From assembly GCF_016432865.1 (NCBI RefSeq), contig NC_067398.1, positions 679,892,001 to 679,956,000 of the forward strand: 64,000 bases of DNA, read 5' to 3'. Position 1 is the first letter of the stretch, and every line of letters begins with the position of its first letter. The DNA comes from Antechinus flavipes (lineage: Eukaryota). This document shows, one piece after another, positions 55,995 through 64,000 of this stretch. The notes under the pieces were generated by a model, which searched no databases, was not told where the DNA came from, and was given only the letters and a program-made list of their open reading frames with translations. The position numbers and the translations under genes are program-made.

Positions 55995-58900
55995 TCAGTT
56001 ACCCAGGTTCTGGCCATAGGAAGGGGCCAGCTCATCAGCTTCGCTGTCCGTGCTGCCCTCACTGTCCTTGGCGGGGCGGTCTAGTCGGCGGAAGAACCGG
56101 GCATCTCGGGGGGAGAGAGGATACAGGGCGTCCTGCAGAGCTGCCCCCACTCCCACCCCCACCCCCAGGAGCTCCTCATCGGAGGAGGGCAGAGAGTCCT
56201 CATCCAAATGACGAACCAAATGGAGGCTGTCGAATGCCAAGGGGTCCTCAAATGGGGGCGGGCCCTTCAGTAGCCGAACCTGGGAGATGGGGGAGAGGGA
56301 GATGAGATTGAGAAGGCGGTAGACAGGAGGGATCCAAACCCATATTAGCGGGGAAGATAAGCTGTGGCCAGGATGAGATGGGAGATAAAGGGGATGCTAA
56401 AGAGGACCAAGGGGGATGAGATGGAGGAAACAAAGGAGATGAACAAGGGATTGGGAAGGGAAACAGAAAAGGGAGTGAGCAAGACCTCCTGTGTGGCACA
56501 GGGCCACCAAGAGAGGAGAGATGGCTCTTGGGTGGAGAACACAGAGCAGGAGGAAGTAGTGGGCCACTGTGGGCCCCCCGCCCCCTCAGCAAGAAGGCTG
56601 TTACTGGATTTGAAGGGAAAACGAGGGGCCAGACTGGGGAAGGAGTAATGGGGATCAGGCAGAGGGCTGGTAAGGTTCCGAGGAAAAGGTCTTCCACCTT
56701 AGCCCAGCCCTGATTCACCCAGACACCAGAGCCTGAGGGGGGCGGCTCTGGGGGAGGGGCAGTTACCCTGGGCTCTGATACGGAGGGGTGGCCTGTGGGA
56801 GCCTACAAGTCCCAGCATGCAGTGCGTCGCCTCGGTCCAGCTGCCAGCCTGCCCAGGGTGAGAGACTCTGCTTGGATCAAGACAAGAGTTATGGGGCAGG
56901 GAGCTCCGGCCCTGATGTGGGGCCCATGAGAGGGCCTGAGACACCAAGCACAGCCGGGGAGCCCATACTTGGGAGTCCTGCTTCCTCGACTTCCCTCCTT
57001 TCTCCCTGTGGGCCTGGACCCTCTAACTCGGACAGCTGGCACCTCTCCCTGCTCTTTAGGCACTAATTTTGGCAGGACCAGGGGCTCTGTAGGAGGCCAG
57101 CTCGTAGAACAGGGATCTAGAGAGAGAACAGTTGGGAGATGTTTCCTTCTCTGTCTCGCTCTGCAGTTGTAGGCCCAATCCTGTGTCTGCTCTAAAGACA
57201 GTAGGAAACTCCTGAAACAACAGCAATAAATGATGGAAGATGACTCCTTTAAGCTTTCCAAAGAGCTTTCACCTCCATTATCTCAGGTGATCCTCATACT
57301 ACTTCTGGACAGCAGGGATTTTTACTCCATTTTACAGATTAGGAAAACTAAGGTAAGAAAAGAGGAAGGGCATATATACCCGTGGTCATCAGCTGAGACC
57401 ACAACTCCAGTCTCGTGCCTATTAGGCCATGGCTCCTGGGCTGGCTGTTCTCTATGTGAGTCCTGCCATGTGCCCCCAGGTAGCTAGAGCATGTGTCAGG
57501 AAGGCTCATCTCAGGGATGGTCTGATGTTCTCCGGTGGGCTACAATGGCACTCTGCTCCTTTCTTAGCACAGCACTGGGGAAATTTGCCAGGCAGTCCAG
57601 GGCCCTGGGAATCTCTTCTCTGGGCACACTAGCTCATGCCCTGGCATAAAGGTGGAAGGTCTGCCAGCGTGCCCAAAGAGGGAACGGATGATTTTCCTTC
57701 TTGGAATGCCAGCTGGCTGAGGAGCGACTAAAGAAGTCACAGCCTGGCCCAGCCTAGGACTCACCTCGGCCTTGAGTTCGTCAATCTGATCCTTGAGCTC
57801 ACGGATGTACTGGGAGGAGTCGGAGTGGTTGAGCTGTCCCTGGATCATACCTTCTTCTCTCTGTAAGGCAAAAACATGCCCCCTCCCAGGTCACCGAGGA
57901 GAGGAACATGGGGACGAAGACTTGCCTCCCACCAAGCTCTCCTCGTGGGTGGCGACCTCACCTGAATCTCCAGCTCTGCGATCCGCTGCCTCATCTCTGC
58001 CACAGCAGCCATGCTGTCTGCCTCCCTGAGCCTTACTGCCATCACCTCCTCCTTGCTCTGGAGGGGCAAAAGCAGCAGGAAAGCACAGGGAGCTGACTCG
58101 GGGGAGGGAAAGAGGAAGGAAGAGAGGGAGAGGGGCGGGATGGGGGCCCGGCAGCCCGAGCTGGACAGCAAGCCCTGGAAGATGGGGAAAGGCTGCAGAG
58201 CACAGCTTGGAGGTGGGGGCTAGAGGGTGGGGGCCCACCTTACACTCAGCCTCAGCATGCTTGCGTTTGCTCTCACTCAGTTGGGTCTGCAGGCCTTTGT
58301 TCTGAGCCACCAGGTAATGGAGCTTTTCCTGCAGGCCCGCACTCTCTGCTTCTACACGGTTCAGCAAGTTTCGATGGATCTGGTCCTAGGGGGAGGGAAG
58401 TCACCAGCAAGTGACTAAGGGCTCAGGCAGTGCAGGGGGAGCTTAGAGCCAGACAACGAGGTGACCTCTGGCCTGTAACTGACAAGGTACGGGGCTGGCA
58501 CAGCCCAGTGGGGTTCATGAGGTGAGGCAGACGGATGGCCTAAGCTTGGTAGTGGGGCAGAGGAGGGCGCAGGCCAGGGAAGACGGGGTCCTTGCCCATT
58601 CCTCATCGTGGGGAGGCCCTCTGACCTGTGTCTCCAGCTCCACCACTCGCTGCCGCAGCTCCCTCCCTTCAGCCAGAGCATGGGCCTCTCGCAGCCGGAC
58701 GGTCATCAGTTCATCCTGTAGGTCACTAAGGGCCAGCTTCCGGGGAGACTCCTTCCATCTCCCTCCCCGGGAGAGGTGGGCCTATCCAGGAGCGAGGAAA
58801 GGGTTTTAGAGCCAGAAGAGACCTCCAAAGGGAAGATCAGCCTCCTGGAATCTCCAGTCATCTTTTTGAGTGTGAAATGGCTCTTAATCAGCATCTTTCA

Positions 58901-60195
58901 AATAAGACCAGAGTCCCATCTCAGAGTCTTCTCCCTGCCCTGGGACTGTGGTCCCAGGGAGATACAAACACTTGGGAAGGCATGATAGAGGGGGCTGAAC
59001 CTGAAGGTCCTCCCTACAGGAGCTCTCAGCCCAAAGAGCTGACAAGAGAGTTAGTACAAAGCCCAGGGCACACTTTAAATAACTATATAAGTGTGAGTTA
59101 TTTTGTCTGCTCCAGTCCTCAAGAATCTCATCAGTGAGGGGGCTTGCTCCTCCAGGTCACACTTTGCTACACAGCTTTATGATACTGAAGAGCTGAATTG
59201 CATCCAGAGGAGGCTGCTAAAAGGATGGCTGGCCTGGAGATGATGCCATTGTTGGATCAGTTGAAGGAATTGAGATGCTGACTTGGAGAAGAGAAGACAT
59301 ACAGGAGACACAATAGTGATCTGCAGTTATCTAAGGGGATGTCACCAGGGAAGAGGAATTAAATGTATTCTCCTTTATCCTAGAGGACGGATAGCAATGG
59401 AAGGAAGATGATGTAAGGAAAAACTTTCTAACAGAGTTGTCTACAAGTGAAAGGGTTGCTTGTCTTGTTACTCAGTTTTACTTTTTCATCCAGCAAACAC
59501 TTAGTAAATGTCCACTATGGACAAGGTGCTGTCTGAGATTTTAGGAGTTTAAAGATAAAAACAAAATTATCCCTGCTCCCAAGAAGCAGGCATCCTGTGA
59601 GGGTGAATGGGCTTCCCATCCCAAGAATCCTTAGCTTGGAAGATGGCTGATTACTTGGAGGGGTTAGAGTTTCACAGTGTACAAGGGATTCCTGTTCATG
59701 CAAGGACTGGCAAGATGACCACTGCGGTTCTGTGGTTCAACAGACACACAATCTGCAGCCAGGTCTCCCCCCCAACTTTTTCTCTAACTAGTTAGATCCT
59801 TCAAGGGACTGCTCAGATGGCACAGTCTTCAAGAAGCCTTCATCCTCCAGAATAGCACTGGAAGAAGACTAATAGAGCATGCAAGCCTTGTTAGCCTCAA
59901 GAAAACCAAAGTTCAAGAGAGGAAATGGTTTTGCCCACAACACAAGGAAGTGACAGAGACAGCACTTGAAGTCTTGGTTTTAAACTGCCAGTCCAGGACT
60001 GTGCAGTGCATCAAAGAGTGAAAGGGAAAGCCCTCCAGGGAAGCCTGGATTCACCTGCCAGCTGTCTGTGAGCTCCTGAACCTGCAATTTCAGCTCCCGA
60101 AGGGAGGCCACAGCCTCACTCTCCCGAAGTTTTAGGCCTTTCAGTTCTTCCTGTAGCCGGGCCACATTGTTCTCATCAGGAAGTGAGTTGTTCCT
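55995..60195 (-). CDS. EVI5L: EVI5L (EVI5-like RabGAP), 3' partial; last six coding exons 60195-60055, 58781-58626, 58385-58239, 58057-57962, 57860-57765, 56279-55995
   Basis: RNNSLPDENNVARLQEELK..., AHLSRGGRWKESPRK..., DQIHRNLLNRVEAE..., SKEEVMAVRLREADSM..., REEGMIQGQLNHSDSSQY..., VRLLKGPPPFEDPLAFD...SDEELLG... All phase-0 GT-AG introns; lengths 141/156/147/96/96/285. Confidence 0.97.
59200..59490 (+). mobile_element. L3/CR1 3' fragment in EVI5L intron
   Basis: gaattgagatgctgacttggagaagagaagac...gttatctaaggggatgtcaccagggaagagg, a typical CR1/L3 3' end. Confidence 0.65.
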
Positions 60196-61019
60196 CTAGG
60201 AAGAGCAGAAGAGGGAAGAGTGTGTGAAGGGAATCAAGCTTCTGTCCTCTTGCCCTCCCATTCCCTCCCTTTTGTTCTTCCATATCTTGCTCGGGGCCCT
60301 GGGGCCTGAAGAGAGCAGTAGGTGATTTTATCCAGCAGGATCTAGCAGTTCCCTTGTCCACACTACCAGACTTGGCCTCTCAAAGAGTTGTTTGACCTGT
60401 CTTCTTCACTGCCAGGACCATACCTTCCCTAATCCCAGCTAAAGCAAGAACCCATTGGTCCTTGTTTTCTAGAGGAAACAAATAGTATTCCTGACTTCCA
60501 TTCTTCACTCTTATAGCTAGGCTGGTGAATGGAGCCCTAGGACCTCTAGACTTCTGGGAAAGTCTGGCTTCCTAGAGCAAAACTACTGAAGAACTAGGAG
60601 GAGATCCCCTTTGTGACTCAAAACTTCCACTTTCCAGGCTTTCAGACTCCAGTCCAAGTTACTGTGATGAAAGATTGAAAAATGAAGTCAGATACATGAA
60701 GGGAAGGAGACAGAAGGAGGCAGTGAGGGAGATATGATGTCATAAAGAGGGAGGTAGAAAAAGAAGACCACATCTCTCCTACCTTGTAACCTTGTAACTA
60801 GAAAGATGCTAGTCTGTGGGCTTATCCCACTGTTGGCAACCCTCTGGATCTGATACCTAACCCTTCCCCTCAGCCCCTCCCAAATACTTAGAAGATGCAG
60901 GGATCATAAACTCCTCTAGCTTCTAGAGAAGTCATATTGTCCCTCCAAGTATAAGAGTCTCTACACAACTTGGATCAATGAAACTCTTCCGAGCTCCCCT
61001 GAAAAGTAGGCTCTTCAAT

Positions 61020-61570
61020 TAGGTGGAGCCACAACCAATATTATTTACACAGTGCTTTACAGTGTATAGATCTGACCATGTTTTCTCTATTCAGTCAGCT
61101 TCAGTGGCTCTATGCAGCACCTCTAGATTCAATCAAAAATTCAGTTTGTATTTACAACTCCTTCATAATCTGATCCCTTCCTACCTTTCTGGTCTTTTTA
61201 TGCCCTACTTCCATCCATGTGCCCTATAAACTAGTCACACTGGGGCTTCATTTTTGCTCTTCAAGCAAGACACTCCCTCTATCTCCTCTAAACATTTTCT
61301 CCAGTTGGGCCCCACGCCTGAATTCTCTTCCTCCTCATCTCTGCTTGGTGACTTACTTGAAGTTCCAGCTACAATCCCATCCTCTACAAGAAACTTTCCC
61401 AATCCCCTTAATGCTATTACCTTCTCTCTTTTGATTATCTTCCAATTTATCCTGCCTGTATCTTCTATGTACAAAGTTGTTAGTGCATTGTTTCCCCACC
61501 ATTAGACTGAGCTCCTTGAGGGCAACCTTTGCATTCTCAATTCTTAGGAGATGCTAAATAAGTGCCTGTT
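61020..61570 (+). mobile_element. L2 3' region in EVI5L intron
   Basis: cagtggctctatgcagcacc...ccattagactgagctccttgagggc...ataagtgcctgttga. Confidence 0.7.
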
Positions 61571-63559
61571 GACAAAGTGCTTTTCCTACAATAACTTCAT
61601 GAGGCATTTCAGTGGTGGAAGCAAAAGGTTTAGGAAGGCCTCAACATGCCCAAGGTTATAAGCAAGTGATTGAATAAGACTTAGAAAGATCTCCTCACTT
61701 CAGTATCAAATCTCTTTCCATTACCCTAGACAGCAAGAGTTTCCTCCAGAAACAGGAAATTCTTATGTTCAACTTAAATCTTCTACTTTGCAAATTACAA
61801 ATCAAATCCTTTTTTCCCTGTCCAGACCTTAATAACAGTGGGGAACAGCTAGTCTCTACCCTTTTGTCAGAAGCCATCTCTGGGTGCAGGGAACCCTAAA
61901 GCATTAATAAATTACTAAGTAATAAGTACTAAATAATAAATTACTTTTTATTGACTCTCAAATACTCTCTGACAAACTGGGGTCCCTCAATATGCCTCAC
62001 ATTCAGAAAGGCCTACATCTGGACACAGCACCTATCAGTCTGATTGAAACTGAGAATCATACATCAGATCACTGCACGAATGGCTGTGGGCAGGACTCCA
62101 AAAACACTATTTTTAGAGTCCTAAGAGAAGGGCCCCAGCTTTTGATAAGGGTGGGGAATAGGATAGGGGGAGGTAGGATATCTCTAAGCTTTTCCTTCCA
62201 AATGAACAGGGCACCTCTTAAGGGCTTTTTAGTCTCTACTAGGGTTGGAGATCAAAGGCAATGATCTAAGCAAACAGGGACTGATTTAACATAGAGGCTG
62301 TCTAAAGATGAACTGATCTCTGAAATCTCCATTTTGTAGAGTGGAGTCAATATGAAACTAGCTGGGGTAGGAGCCACAAATTCTGGCTCCTTACTTCTTT
62401 GCTGTCTGTGCTAAATAGGAAAACATCTCTAATGAGATGCTCTTAGAAGCTGGGGCTGGAGTACAGAATTTTTGAAGTTGGCCCTACTGTTGTAAATACT
62501 ACTCAAACTAGGCAGAGCAGGGTCAACTTTTGTGACCCACATTGCCCTTTGCCTTCTTGAATGGCTGGCATATTCCAAACAGTGGTTACCATATTCTCTT
62601 GGATTACTGAAGGCAAACAAGACACTCTCAGAGGGTGTGTTCCCTGCAAAGTTCTTTTCTATCTGAATGGAAACCCTGAAATGAAAGCTGTGCCAAATCT
62701 GCTGCACAATTCTCAGGAAGTAAGTGTACAGAAAGAAAAGTAGTCTTAGAGCCCAATCTGGCCCATTATAAAAATGATAATGATCAAACTGACATTTATA
62801 TAGCATTTTAAGGTATTTAGAGTACTTGGCACACATAGAGTCTCAATACTCTTGTGAGGAAAGTCTTAGAGGGATTATTATCCTTATTACACCTTTGAAG
62901 CAAGTAAGGTAACCTGCATAGTCATCTGGTGAGTGTCAGAGTGGTATCTGAACCCAGAACTGATGACAAGACCAGCACTTGCTTTGATCCATCACAGGGC
63001 AATTTCTAAGAGAGCTCTGTCTCCTTAGTTGGAAGCGAGTGCCTCTCTGACCTATCCCCACAGCAGGATTACTGTCCTGCAGTCAGAGGATGCCCAGGGA
63101 CACCCCAGGTGTCTCTCCTCTCTCCATGTTGTGGACACAGAGAGTGACCGTAGTTCTGAGGCTGGCTTTGAGGTGGGACTCATAAGCACTGGCCTTATTT
63201 TGATGTTCCCGTGGACATACACATGTGATTTCTGTGTCCACAAGTTTCTGTGTATGTATGTATATAGGTAGTTGGGATAGGGGAGAAGAAGGGAAGGAAA
63301 ATGTGTCACTCGCCTCTCTCCCAAGCCAAGCTAACTTCCCAGCAGTAATGCAGAACACTTTTAAAAACTCTTTTTGTACAACTATCTAGAGATGAGGCTT
63401 GTGTAGGAACCAGGACTTTACTTTTCCTTAGCTTTCTCTTTAAAATACTTTCAGTGATTTACAAGATCAGAGTGATAAAATCTTAAGCAGCAAAATTCTT
63501 TGATTCTGTGTGTAATAGGGCTGAGTTTGGATGGATAGATTATGTAGCTTTCTTTAAGT

Positions 63560-63810
63560 CCTTGCTAGAGTCTCTCCTTCTGCAAGAAGCTCTTTCTAAT
63601 TCTTTTTAATCTTGATGGCTTCCTTCTGAGACCAGCCTAACTTATCCCGTATATATCTTGTTTGATCATAGTTGTTGGGATGCCATCTCCCCTAACTGAC
63701 TAGGAATTTCCTGAGATCAGGGAATGTCTTGCTTTTTTTGAATCTCCAAAATTTAACATAGAGCCTAAAATATAGTAGGTGTTTCATAAGTGCTTGTTGA
63801 ATGACTGATG
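63560..63810 (+). mobile_element. L2 3' end
   Basis: ccttctgcaagaagctctttcta...atagtaggtgtttcataagtgcttgttgaatgactga. Confidence 0.7.
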
Positions 63811-64000
63811 ACAAGTGCTTGGAGATCTTCAGATAACTTTGTGGAAGACAGTCCCAATGCCTTATAGACTGTTCCTGTGAGCTGGTAATATGGTTCTTTA
63901 ACCACCATAAATCCTTTGGTCTCTAGGCCTGAAGGCAAAATTAGACATTTGGTTTCTGGGTCATGTGCCCCGATTCTTCCACTTTAGGACTGAAAATAAG

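Noticed and set aside
63083-63358. Minus-strand ORF (…VHNMERGE…) as a possible further EVI5L exon
   Set aside because: No convincing match to the expected ENPRLTEDF…VLDMEK exon; upstream exons are presumably outside the window.

Overview
Marsupial genomic DNA, probably an Australian dasyurid-like species judging from the CORE-SINE and L1 types (inference). It is syntenic, in reverse orientation, to the human 19p13.2 block EVI5L-PRR36-LRRC8E-MAP2K7. Genes found: MAP2K7 5' end (minus; exon 1 and the 48-nt cassette exon), complete LRRC8E (minus), complete PRR36 (plus; one 1-bp frameshift inside a 141-bp coding tandem repeat) and the last six coding exons of EVI5L (minus). The main result is an extra five-exon gene between PRR36 and EVI5L (minus, 48306-50072) that the ORF track only shows in pieces. 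It encodes an intact 238-aa GFI1-family repressor: an N-terminal SNAG motif (MPRSFLV) plus only zinc fingers 3-5, the DNA-binding fingers of GFI1. It sits downstream of EVI5L just as GFI1 sits downstream of EVI5, so it is a candidate third GFI1 ohnolog. I know of no such gene at the syntenic human locus; novelty could not be checked against databases. Other points are a decayed DNA-level duplicate of MAP2K7 exon 1, a probable L1 3' transduction, and a nested TE-rich block at about 5.5-20.3 kb. All coordinates were read by hand; repeat boundaries are approximate.
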